From: Octopus vulgaris
Lineage: Eukaryota
DNA length: 64,000 nt
Direction: 5' to 3'
NCBI GenBank assembly: GCA_951406725.2
Contig: OX597836.1
Span: 30,256,001-30,320,000 of the forward strand
A program made the position numbers and the translations under genes. A model generated the notes under the pieces. That model was not told the DNA's origin. It worked only from the letters and a program-made list of their open reading frames with translations, and searched no databases. Within the stretch, counting starts at the first letter, position 1. The number at the start of each line of letters is the position of its first letter. Positions 1 to 11,230 of the stretch are shown piece by piece.

Positions 1-43
1 CATCTTTTGTTTTTTGGGTTGTTTTTTTTGTAAATCCCAACTA

Positions 44-64
44 TATATATATATATATTTATGC

Positions 65-102
<38 letters not shown>

Positions 103-150
103 CTGTGTGTGTGTGTGTATGTGTGTGTGTGTGTGTATGTGTGTATATAT
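44..150. repeat. (TA)n/(TG)n compound microsatellite
   Basis: Direct read; explains ORF 75..269. Confidence 0.95.
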
Positions 151-518
151 ATTTAAAAACCTGTGATAAGTCTGTGCATCATCCTCCTCATATCTCTGGA
201 AATTTAAATCTACACTATGGATTGATTCATCTTCTCTTCGAAACTAATAAGTTTTTTAAAAATCTGTGATAAGACTGTGCATCATCATTAAGGAACTTTG
301 GAAAACTGTTTACAACCTATATCTGCCTCTAATGGAACTATCTCCAATATTTCATGAGTATAACCTCACCCACTAAGATGTCTAGAGAACTCAAATGTAT
401 TTTAGCTGATGAGTACGGGACACTTTTATCTGCTGCAATTTTTGCAACTTGTAATAAAGCCTGTCTTTGTATGAAACAATTGTACTAAAAACTAATCCAT
501 TCTTGTTGCTTCTTTCTC

Positions 519-551
<33 letters not shown>

Positions 552-554
<3 letters not shown>

Positions 555-879
555 GGGCTGGCCAAAATAATGGAAACGCCTTAAAAGTTCAAACAAATTT
601 ATTTTAATATGGGGTAGGTCCACAGTAAGTACAGCTTGAATTCTACAAGGTATGGACTTGTACAAAATTTGAATTGTTTCCAAAGGAATTTTTGTCCATT
701 CTTCAGCTAAAATAGTCTCTAGTCCTTATAGTGATTATGGTGGAAGATATTGACTCCTCACTTGTTTTAAAATGAACCATAAATGTTCAATAATATTGAG
801 ATCTGGGGACGGTTTTATAAATATTTCAAAACTATGATGCTATGATGCGAGGTGTTTCCATTATTTTGTCCAACACCTA
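552..879 (-). mobile_element. Internally deleted Tc1-family DNA transposon
   Basis: TIRs CAGGGGCTGGCCAAAATAATGGAAACGCC / GGTGTTTCCATTATTTTGTCCAACACCTA, left end preceded by TA; minus strand encodes SPDLNIIEHLWFILK and the C-terminal TIQILYKSIPCRIQAVL. Confidence 0.85.
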
Positions 880-884
880 TTATA

Positions 885-1060
885 TATGAAACACGCTAGA
901 GTTGAGCTAGAGACAGCTGATGAAGGGGATCTTTCCTTGTGTAGTTTGTCTTGTACTCTGCTTTTCTGTTGTAAAAAAAAGGTTTGTTCCATGCTTGCTT
1001 TTCCATTTTCGTTTCTCGTTGAGTTCTACGTCTAGTTGTGGTGTCCTGTACTTACTTATA
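885..1060 (+). mobile_element. Probable Penelope-like element 3' end relic
   Basis: GAAAC...CAGCTGATGAAGG motif followed by a T-rich tail between TA-rich runs; no complete ribozyme fold. Confidence 0.3.
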
Positions 1061-1143
1061 TATTTATATATGCATGTATATGTACATGTAGATGTAGGTA
1101 CGTACATATATGCTTGTATGTATGCATATATTTTATTTATTAC

Positions 1144-1182
<39 letters not shown>

Positions 1183-1235
1183 CAATCACGTGTACATAAG
1201 CAAGCTTTTATTTGCTTTTTAGAAGCGCCGAATGC

Positions 1236-1454
1236 ATATCATATGATGCAGACAAGAAAGTGATATTTTTGAATGCAGTATCACCATTAAAACAGCAGAA
1301 AAATTGGGCAGTATTTTACCCTACAAGGCAGAAAAAGTTGTCAACAAACCGAATAACTTTTCTGCCTGGTAAGGGTAATATTACCCAATTCTTCAGCTGC
1401 TTCAACAGTGATACTATGTTCAAAAATATCACTTTCCTGTCTATACCATACAAG

Positions 1455-1458
<4 letters not shown>
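1236..1458. mobile_element. Old foldback/MITE-like imperfect palindrome
   Basis: About 105-bp arms (1236-1342 vs 1351-1458), e.g. GAAAGTGATATTTTTGAA / TTCAAAAATATCACTTTC; mixed mismatch types. Confidence 0.8.
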
Positions 1459-1493
<35 letters not shown>

Positions 1494-2283
1494 CACACAT
1501 ACAGTGTGTGACAGCAAGTTTGCTTGATGTCATAAAAGCATATATTTAAAAATTTTTTCTATAATTTAATAAATAACACAAGCATAACTTTCAGACTGAC
1601 ATGTGAAATTAAGTAGAGAGAGAAAATACTGCGAGTTAAGCTTAATATTTTAGTGGACCTCCTTTAGAATGAACAACACAATGGCTAATCTTCTGGGTGT
1701 AGATACCATCAGATTTTGGCAGATTTCCTTAATTTCATCATCTTTGTGCCAAATTTGAAAAAAAAAAAAAAAAAAAAGATTAAATGACATCTTGTTTCAA
1801 TGAAGGTCATAGTGACTTTATGTGCTTTTTGCATATGCTCCAGAGGTTTTTGATTGGATTTAAATCTGGTGAAGATGGAGGCCAATCAAGCAGTGTTATG
1901 CCATGTTGACAAAAGGAATCCATAGAACGCTTGTTAATATGAACTGATGTGTTATCTTGCTGAAAAATGCCAGCAGAATTTGGAAAACCAGTAATTTAAT
2001 TGCAGCACAACACAACACAACATAAAATGCCGTCCTTTACACAATGTTCAGTATGAAGCTTTCCTTCAACAACTTGACTATATCCAGTCCCCCACTTAGT
2101 GCAAACATGCCCAGATCACTACTTGCACCTCATGTTTTAATGTCTGTAAGACACAGTTCAGAGTTAGAGGATGATCATTTACTAATCATACAAAATTTGG
2201 GTGACCATTTATAATCTGAATCATTGCCTCATTGCTAAAAGTGACTGTTTTCCCTTGCTCCACAGTCCAGTTTTGGTGTTTAA

Positions 2284-2504
2284 CCCTTTCATTACTGCAT
2301 TTATTTTGAGATGCTCTGTGTTGCTTTCAATTGCTTTAAATATAACAAAGAATTTAGTAAAATAACTTAGTTATCATTCAGCTAGTGTTAGGAACATAAA
2401 TTGTGACTAAGGTTTGGTGGAAGATTTTAATTCAAAATTTATGAAAGCAAGACATTTGTATTACAGAGCCAGAGCCGGTTTCAGATGGGTTGGTAACGAA
2501 AGGG
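2284..2504. mobile_element. piggyBac-type MITE (TTAA TSD), family P1, nested in Tc1
   Basis: TTAA|CCCTTTC...GAAAGGG|TTAA; reverse complement of the copies at 40206 and 55940. Confidence 0.9.
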
Positions 2505-2543
2505 TTAAGTGCCTATTCATATCGTTTAGCTATCTGTTGTTTA

Positions 2544-2764
2544 GGCGGCGAGCTGGCAGAACCGTTAGCACGCCGGGCGTAATGCGTAGCCGCATTTCGT
2601 CTGCCGTTACGTTGTGAGTTCACATTCCGCCGAAGTTGACTTTGCCTTTCATCCTTTCAGGGTCGATAAATTAAGTACCAGTTACGCACTGGAGTCTATG
2701 TAATTGACTTAATCCCTTTGTCTGTCCCCTCTATGTTTAGCCCCTTGTGGGCAATAAAGAAATA
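2544..2764 (+). mobile_element. tRNA-derived SINE family S1 with TSD
   Basis: A-box GAGCTGGCAGAA, B-box GAGTTCACATTCC, central GCCTTTCATCCTTTCAGGGTCGATAAATTAAGTACCAG domain; TATCTGTTGTTTA repeated on both sides. Confidence 0.9.
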
Positions 2765-3462
2765 TATCTGTTGTTTAGTAAAAAGTGAGGCATTTTGGCT
2801 AGTTTATGGCACAGGTGCCTGTTTCATTTACACACTGCCTGTTATACAGTGTGTACACCTTATGGTATAAGTTGGTTATTAACATCACATGAAGTACTTT
2901 GAGGGCCTTTGATTGAAATTTGCCTCATAAGACAAAGGTCATGTTCATCAAATATATGGCTGTCATCACCACAATTTTCATTTCAAGTGTTTGCACTTCC
3001 TATGCTTTTGCACTGATTAATAATTCATGTAGTACTGCTTCGGTTCATTTCCAAGTAGTCTGCATCTGCTGATGCCTCACAGTGGGGTTCCCATGAAGCA
3101 CTATACTTTTGGCTCATTTCCCTTCGCAGTTCATTTTCCTGCTAATATCACCAAATTAAATTTTAAAAAATAGATTTCCTTTTTGTCATGTTATATATAT
3201 ATATGTTTATCGTCATGTAATAAATGTTTTCTTTATCATGTTTTAAAAATATTTTTAGATGCAATACAAAATTTACTAAAACAAAAGGAAAATATTAATT
3301 AAAATGAAAATTTTTTCATGCTGACTTTCAGTCAGACACTGTATATAATGTGTGTGTGTGTGTGTGTTTGTGTGCATGTGCATGTGTGTGTGTGTATTTG
3401 AGGTGCCCATGTCAAGATAGCATGTGATGGATGTAAATGAGCATCATTATCATAAAACAATT

Positions 3463-3743
3463 GATATTTTTTACGGAGATGTACTTGCATAGCAAGTGAC
3501 CTGATCTGAGATCGTGTGCTGGAACGAAAACAATTGCAGCATGGAAGGTGTTTATAAGCCATTTAAGAAACACACAAAAACTGTTAGATTCACTTCAACA
3601 TTTAAATTTAATTTGTCAAAATATTTTCGTCGCTTTGAGACCACAGAAAATATTTTGACAAATTAAATTTAAATGTTGAAATGAATCTAACGGTTTTTGC
3701 GTGTTTCTTAAATGGCTTATAAACACCTTCCATGCTGCAATTG
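3463..3743 (-). mobile_element. PLE-type 3' end with inverted, tail-less duplicate (about 98-bp arms)
   Basis: Arms 3531-3628 and 3647-3743 are near-perfect reverse complements; an extra ~65-nt tail on one side only; interrupts an ATG-tailed repeat. Confidence 0.6.
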
Positions 3744-3744
3744 A

Positions 3745-3935
3745 TGTTTTGTTTCCAGTTTTCTGTGAAAAGCATGTTTAGCTATGGGAAAATTTTACCT
3801 CTTTTGGAAATAGGTGAGGGTTGGGATCAGGAAGGGCATCTGGCTGCAGAAAATCAGCTTCAACAAATTTTGTCTGACCCATGTAAGCATGGAAAAGTAG
3901 GCATTCGATGATGATGATGATGATGATGATGATGA
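3745..3935 (+). mobile_element. RTE-tail-related SINE/LINE end with (ATG)n tail (family S4a)
   Basis: AGGAAGGGCATC...GACCCATGTAAGCATGGAAAAGT...(GAT)n; similar copies at 11430-11632, 30300-30521, 55140-55590(-), 61995-62090. Confidence 0.75.
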
Positions 3936-5484
3936 TATAAACCCAAACACACAAGGAACTCCCACAGCTTCTGCTTACTAAGTAATTCCACTCACAAAGT
4001 TTTAGTTAGCTAAAGGTTATGAGAGAAGACAAAAGTTCCAGTGTCCTGATAAGGAGAATGAACCTAGAAACAGGTGATTATGAAGCAAACTTCTAAATCA
4101 CATAGTCATGTTTGTGAAGATGAAAAACAGCAGAAAAAACTACTTTAAAGTCCAGAATTTGAGAGAAGAATAGAGGGTGAGAGAGAGAGTTCTAGATAAA
4201 GAAAGAGTAATCTAGGGTCATCCAGGGAGCAATAGATACACAACAGTATCAGCACACCTGTTTCTGTTAAATATCTGACATTGGTGCTTCCTAATGTTTA
4301 CAAACCTTATCTTACTGAATCTTCATCATAATCATCATTTAACAACCATTTTTCACGCTTGCATAGGTTAGATGGTTTGATAGGGTCCTTTGAGCTGCAA
4401 AGCTCTGTCAGACCACAGTGTCAGCTTTGACAGAACTTCAGCAGCTGGGTGCCCTTATTAATGCCAAAATCCTTTCAAATTCCTATTTTCTGAATTAATT
4501 GTAACACAAACACACAAACATTATTTGTCATTAGAAACGAAAGTAATTACAGTGATGCAAGAGGGAATATAATAAACATTTCTCGGCTTAATGCATCAAA
4601 TTTGCTAACAACCACTTTACTATTAAGCTGTCATGCTGCAGGCATCCCTGAGTTTTTTTTTTTTTTTTTTTTTGTTCTCCAGTCATTTTTATAATTTTAA
4701 CTTGGTTCCAAGAGCTGCCAAAATGAAGTGGAAAGCAGCAGGCTAGTGGTTGGTAGTGGCAGGGGAAGACACTGGACACCTTTCACTTGGAATAATACTA
4801 TATGTTTTGAACAGATAAAGTTATAGCCGTTATTTATTGACAAGTCACTACTAAATATGACAACAATAACAATGATGACAACAACATTATTCAAATTAGA
4901 CTAGACTATGAAACTTTGGAAGATTCTTGTGTATTTCAACAGAATTTTTAAGATCTACAGCCAACCCTTACCATGTTCTTTCAGATGTCCAGACTCAATA
5001 CTAACTGACCAATTCAATCTCACCAGACACAGAGGTTTTGTGAAGGTCATGAACACTGACGCCAACTTGTCACTAAAAACCTTTACACACCAGTGGTTCT
5101 CAAACAGGGTTCACATGGCCCTTGGTGGGTCCATATAAGATTTTGTTACTAAAAATTAAGTGCAATAAATCAGTTATACTTCTACAATAGACAATGTTCA
5201 AGATATTAAAGGGGTCAGGTAAAATTTACCTTTTATTAGTAGTATTCTTAATAGTTCAAACATTGTATTGTGTGGATTTCCTTTTTTTTTAGCTGGGTTT
5301 TATTCTAAGGATTTAACATCCCCTTTTCCTGTCACCAACTACCACCTGTTTCCAACTGAGGTAATATTCTCCAGGACCAGATAGGTTTTCACAGAAGATT
5401 CAAAATGAAGGAGATCTCTTGTATGATGGTGACATTCATCTGCATTTTTCATGAGATGTCAAGGCGAGGAGACAGTAACACTCA

Positions 5485-5648
5485 CACTGGGCTTCTTTCA
5501 GTTTCTATCAACCAAAACCACTTGCAAGCCTTTGGTCAGTCTGAAGGCTATAGTAGAAGACACTTGCCCAAAGTGTCATGCAAAGAGACTGAACCTGAGA
5601 CCATGTGGTTTGGAAGCAAACTTCTTACCACTCAACCATACCTGCACC
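5485..5648 (-). mobile_element. SINE family S2, 5' half
   Basis: GGCTATAGTAGAAGACACTTGCCCAA...CTGAACC matches the full copies. Confidence 0.8.
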
Positions 5649-5689
5649 CTATATATATGTATATGTATATATATATATATGTATATATA

Positions 5690-6000
5690 TATTTTGCACC
5701 CTTTTCAAGCCTAGCCAGGCTCATGGGCCCAGTTTCCCGGTTTCTATGGCGTATGTGTTCCCTCCCAGCTGGACTGGATGCCAGTCCATCGCAGCATTAC
5801 TCAAGAAACAGGTAGAAAGAGTGAGAGAAAGTTGGGGTGAAAGAGTACAACAGGGGTCAACACCACCCCCTGCTGGAGTCATGTGGAGCTTTAGGTGTTT
5901 TTGCTCAATAAACACACATAACGCCCAGTCTGGGAATTGAAACCACAATCCTCCAACCACGAGTCCGCTGCCCTAACCACTGGGCCGTTGCACTTCCCTA
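5690..6000 (-). mobile_element. tRNA-derived SINE (S3-related head)
   Basis: Minus strand GGCCCAGTGGTTAGGGCAGCGGACTCGTGGTTGGAGGATTGTGGTTTCAATTCCC tRNA-like A/B boxes. Confidence 0.75.
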
Positions 6001-6897
6001 TATAGATATACATTACGAATATATATCCATATATACAATACAAATCAATGACAGGTGAGATCACTATGCAATCACTCAATTAACAAAAAATAGTATCAGT
6101 TCCTCCTTGAAATCACTCCCTTTGAAACGAAAAGACACTTTGGATAATGTAGTCCTCACTACACTGAGTGAAAGATAAATTGTAGCTGGAATGCCTTTTA
6201 TTGAAGGTCTGTTCTAGAGTTCATGTCTTGATAGAAAAATTAAGAGAAATTTTACAATCCATGCGGACAATGTCCCTTTCATCACGAAAGGTATCCTCAT
6301 TAGAAAATCACATTAGAAAGGTATCCTCAATAGAAATTCTGACAATTTCTAGAAATTGTCAGAATTCCATGTGAAATGTAGCAAAATTTGAAAAGATTGT
6401 TTACACCATATATTATGTTGACTTGCATGTGGGAAAACATGGTACATCTCTCTGCATTGTCCTCTTTATAGAATTTAGTTTATCTGACATGAAGAGGGGC
6501 CCAAACTTAACATTACACAAACTCCTTCACTGTATCAATTCCAGCTGTTACAGATATTCAACGGTTTCTTTGAATCCCAGACTTAACCCTAAATATAAAT
6601 CAGGCTGTAGTTTCGGTTTAACTGATAATTATTTTTATTATTAATTTATCTAGTTTACAAAACATGTAAGAGGTTGTAAATTACCCCCTCAAGAAAGTTT
6701 TCAAATAAACTCAGAGAGTGTTTAGAAGTTCTAGAAATTAAATAAATGTCTGAGGGCACAACAAAATATTGGTTTGCTGTGAATGTTAATTGAATAAATA
6801 ACAGAAGACTTATAACTTTATTGATTTCTGGTATTTCCAATGAAGAAACATATCTCGAAATTATATATTTTTAACAACTGCAACTGTCCTCTATATA

Positions 6898-8167
6898 TTA
6901 GGCTGTCAAGAAAGTTCTTGCGGAATTTTAAATTTTGGTTTTAAATGATGTATTTTCAAATTCATTTTTGTTAAATTACTTTGACTTTATATATCATTTT
7001 AAAGCCCATTTTACACTCTATCTAATTGTGTTACTCTTTTTCTTTTTGAATAATTAGGCCATTTTTCCTAGAACGTTGAATATAACATGGACAAAAAGCA
7101 AATTCGCAAATTTTTCTTATTCCAGTCCAAGCTAGGCCAAAAAGCTGCTGAAACAGCTCACAATGTCAACGATGTGTTTGGGCCAGGAATGACTAATGAA
7201 CATGCAGCACAATGGTGGTTCAAGAAATTTTATAGCGGTGTCAAGAGTCTTGAAGATGATAAGCGTAATGGTCAGCTATCGGATGTTGACACCGATCAAC
7301 TAAGAGCCTTAGTGGAAGCCAATCACGCACAACTGTTTGAGAGCTTGCTTCTGAATTAGACATAACGTATATGACAGTTTCCAACCACATGAAAGAGATT
7401 GAAAAAACAAAAATACTTGAGAAATGGGTGCCGCATGAATTGAATGACAACCAAAAACGCTGTGTTGAAGAGTTGTCTTTCCTTTTTTTACGCAACAAGA
7501 ACAATCCATTTCTCAACCGGATTGCGACTTGCAATGAAAAGTGGATCCTTTACGACAGCCAGCGACACTCAGCTCAGTGGTTGGATGCTGATGAAGCTCC
7601 ACAGCATTTCCTGAAACCAAAGTTGCACCAAAAGAAAGTTTGGTGGTCTGCGGCCGGTCTCATCCATCACAGCTTTTTGGATCCAGGCAAAACCATTACG
7701 ACGGAGAAGTACTGTCAACAAATGGATGAAATGCATAAGAAACTCCGACAACAACAGCCAGCATTGATCAATAGAAAAGGACCAATTCTTCTCCACGACA
7801 ATGCTTGGCCACACGTCACATAACTGACCCTGCAGAAGTTGAACAAATTGGGCAACGAAACTCTACTTCATCCATCATACTCACCAGACCTCTCACCTAC
7901 TGACTACCACTTTTTCAAGCATCTCAACAACTCCCAGCATGAGAAATACTTCAAAAACCAAGATGATGCCAAACACGCCTTCAACAACTTCATTGCCACC
8001 AGAACACAGGATTGTTATGCTATTGGTATAAATAAACTGGTTTCACATTGGCAAAAGTGTGTTGATTCTGATGGTGTTTATTTTGCTGAATAAAGTTTTG
8101 TTTGAGCCGAGATATGTGCATCTGAATTTAAAGGTTAAAAACTGCAAGAACTTTCTTGACAACTTAA
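6898..8167 (+). mobile_element. Full-length mariner (DD34D) transposon, 1270 bp
   Basis: TA|TTAGGCTGTCAAGAAAGTTCTTGC ... GCAAGAACTTTCTTGACAACTTAA|TA TIRs with TA TSD. Confidence 0.95.
7087..8093 (+). pseudogene. Mariner transposase pseudogene (frameshift and stop)
   Basis: ORFs 7087-7359, 7371-7823 and 7839-8093 carry an HTH region, WVPHEL, NEKWILY, LLHDNA and YSPDLSPTDYHFF motifs. Confidence 0.95.
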
Positions 8168-8914
8168 TACTAAAATAGAACCTTAACCTCTTTATTTTGT
8201 TACAGTACACTCACATTTTGACATCAACTTTCCACTTAACTCTCAAAACTAAACCACAGATATCAATGTAGCTAAGATCTTTAGAAACCTTGAAAAATTT
8301 AACCTCTGCATGTCAGTAAAACAGTTACCACTTTACATTGTACTGTATATACTCTGGTGGGTAGTATATAGAATGCTGGATAAAAATTCAGTGTAATCAT
8401 ATAATTACAATTATTTACATTCTGAGTTCAAATACTGTCAGAATCAATGTTGGCCATTCATTGTTCTTACATTAATATAATAAACAGCCAGCCAATTACT
8501 GGGGTTGAATTTAATATTCCAATAAATCATTCTGTTATCTATTATTATGTGTTCTCTTTGAATATTTGTACTTGGAAACTTCCTCTTTGAGACCGAGGCA
8601 AGCAGGGCAAGTGGTAAATATTTTATTATTATATTCCTGGGTTGCACTTGATAACGTATACAAGTTTGATAGTAACCACACAACAGATGAATGTGACTGT
8701 ATAACATTAAGAGTGAAGTGCAGGGTTTGTGTCTAAGATGAAATATAATAAAATGCGGTAAATGTAATTTAGCTCTGATTGAGCAGACATCTGCTTGAAA
8801 ACTTTCTGATTGTGGCAATTGATTTATAACTACAAAGCTATGTCAAGACAAGGAGATACAGACACACATAGGTATATGTGTGTGTCTATATATATATACA
8901 CGCACACATAAATA

Positions 8915-9770
8915 CAGGGTGTGGTGGGTAAATTGTTGCCATTTTATAATTTTAATTTCATGCACATTGTTTGTTTTGGATTTTGTTGACTACACAGTAT
9001 AGTAAGCTCAGCTGGGCACTGTCTGTGAGAAAAACAGCACCATGACACAATTTACTCTACCAAAAATTTGGAAATAATAAGCTGTACTGCTTGGCGTTCA
9101 TGCTGGAAGCTTCAATACAAACATTTTAGAGTGTTTCTGAGGACATGTACCAAGAGTGATAAAAGTCAAACAACCAGTCAACATCATGGTGTTTGGAGTG
9201 ATTACTAGTGATGGTGATGTTATGCCTCCATTCATCTTCCCACAAGGCCTCGGATTCAACACACAGGCCTACATGAAGCACCTGGCGAAGGTAGTGCTGC
9301 CCTGGGTCAAGAGGGTGGCTGCTGGGAACGCCCTATGTCTGGCAACAGGACTCTGCACCATACCACACAAGAGAACCCAGTCATGGTTGCCAGACAATTT
9401 CTGCAACCACATCATCCCTAACATCTGGCCACCTAATTCTCCAGACTGCATTCCTCTTGATTATTATGTGTGGGGTGCAGTTGAATGAAAGACCAACAAA
9501 ACTCTTTGTCATACCAAAGATGAATTGAAGGTAAGTATTATGGCAGCATTCACCAACTTAAACATGTAGACCTTCCACAAGAGTTGCCGGAGATTTCGAA
9601 GTTGTTTGGAGGCCGTGGTTGAAGCCAATGGCAATTTTATTGAATAAATTTACTCTTTAGTATTTCAAGGTATTTTAATGTAATTTTGGTAAATATATCA
9701 GTTAAAATGAGATGTCAGTGTTATTTTCCTTTTTGCATAATTTAGACGACAATTTATTCACCACACCCTA
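8915..9770 (+). mobile_element. Internally deleted DD37D (maT-like) Tc1/mariner element
   Basis: TIRs CAGGGTGTGGTGGGTAAATTGT / ACAATTTATTCACCACACCCTA; IMVFGVITSDGDVMPPFIF, WQQDSAP (shifted frame), WPPNSPDCIPLDYYVWG. Confidence 0.85.
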
Positions 9771-9920
9771 TGTATGTATGTATATATATATATATATTGT
9801 TATATTTCGGAATGGTCATATTGCCAGTTTAGCCAATAAAAACACACGCACTATATATTTGGTGTTATTTTGCTTCAGTGTTATTTATTTTTTACATTAA
9901 TCTTAATCTTATTTTGGCCA

Positions 9921-10641
9921 TTCATACTATGCCAAACCTATGGCCTCAAAATACTTGATCCACCGGAACTCAGCCATTGCGGACAATGCCAAATTCAATA
10001 TTTTGATGGCAGACCTTGTCAGAATAATGAGAAATGTGTCACGCATGTGCGAGACCACAGAGTTAAAGAGACATATACAATATTTCATTCACTGCATGCA
10101 GTTCTCAGGTAACAGCCATAAAGAAAGGATCAGAGTATACAAAGGAGCCATGAAGAAATTTGATAATATATTATGTAATGATAGGAATGGGATTTGCCCA
10201 CTCTATAGAAACAAGTCATGGAACACTATAGAAAGGACAAAAAAAAAGAAAATAGGGAAGGCCAACTCTTGGTATTAAGGTTGTTGAAAAGCCAGGCAAC
10301 CCTATTAAATCTATAATTGGTAGAACCTATCCTTTTAGTAGAATCCCCTGTACGGATAAGTCAAGACAACGACATACGTAGGGGAAACGGCAAGAAGCAT
10401 AGGAGAGCGGGTAAATGAACATTGGAGACAACTCAAGGAAGGTAAAAGCTCATCGATTCTGTACCAACACGCCGAACAGGGACACGAGGGATCAATCAAT
10501 AACATAGAAATTAAAATATTGTCCACACATAGAACAGATGCAACAATCAGACAAATTACAGAAGCTACACACATAATAGAAAATAAACCTAGCCTGAATA
10601 GAAAACTAGAATGGACCACTAGCACACACCACAACATATGA
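9921..10641 (+). pseudogene. PLE RT thumb plus GIY-YIG endonuclease remnant
   Basis: YYAKPMASKYLIHRNSA..LVRIMRNVS; KVVEKPGNPIKS; YVGETARSIGERVNEHW...RQITEATHI..NKPSLNRKLEW; stop at 10639-10641; internal deletions and frameshifts. Confidence 0.9.
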
Positions 10642-10717
10642 CGATAGAGGATTCCGAAAACATAATAAATACACAGATAAATAAACAAATAGAAATAAAT
10701 AACTATATATATATATA

Positions 10718-10900
10718 TATTTAGAGCAGCAGAGGGTTCGGCGGGGCCTGTTGCTCTGAGTTTCCCGTTGCTGTTCATCGGACAGTTTTTGCTAGAACGG
10801 CAACGGGGGGCTCGGGGTGGCGGGTTTTTTTGAATTTTCTGCTGCTTTGAATAAAGCATATTACTCTACCACTGGTATTTGAGTGCTCTTTTTTTTGTTG
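10718..10900 (+). mobile_element. Short PLE-end hairpin element nested in the PLE 3' UTR, G.T-biased arms
   Basis: 59-bp arms 10718-10776 / 10795-10853, followed by the tail AATAAAGCATATTACTCTACCACTGGTATTTGAG. Confidence 0.75.
10748..10785 (-). ncRNA. Degenerate minimal type-I hammerhead ribozyme motif
   Basis: Minus strand CTGT-CCGATGA-acagcaacgg-GAAA-CTCaGAG-(C/T)A-ACAG: stem I CTGT/ACAG, stem III CTC/GAG; U4 and U16.1 altered, stem II weak. Confidence 0.6.
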
Positions 10901-11230
10901 TTATACATACATACATACATACAAGCATATGTAATGATAAAAATAAGTGGATGTAAACACATTACACACACTACAAAATGGCTGATGGCTAGTAAGGAGA
11001 GACACAAATAAGAAAGAAAAAAACAAAGGACCACTGATGCGGTCACAGGAGTGTGACAAAAGAACTCTGGCCGAAATAAGATTAAGATTAATGTAAAAAA
11101 TAGATAACACTGAAGCAAAATAACACCAAATATATAGTGCGTGTGTTTTTATTGGCTAAACTGGCAATATGACCATTCCGAAATATAACAATATCTGTTT
11201 CAACACACGACTTTACATAAAAATTCTTGC

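Larger units (their letters stand above)
1502..3341 (-). mobile_element. Full-span degenerate Tc1-family transposon with two nested insertions
   Basis: TA|CAGTGTGTGACAGCAAG ... CTTTCAGTCAGACACTG|TA; minus strand IFQQDN and LLDWPPSSPDLNPIKNLWS at about 1835-1970; frame broken. Confidence 0.85.

Noticed and set aside
153-490. 32-bp direct repeat (about 153 and 256) and a GCTGATGAG word
   Set aside because: Only two copies and no ribozyme fold; insufficient to call
1236-1458. Possible second hyper-edited hairpin or pre-miRNA
   Set aside because: Mismatches include both A.C and G.T plus indels, consistent with ordinary decay of a foldback element
10335-10859. 174-aa minus-strand ORF
   Set aside because: Antisense to the GIY-YIG remnant and crosses a (TA)n run and the nested hairpin
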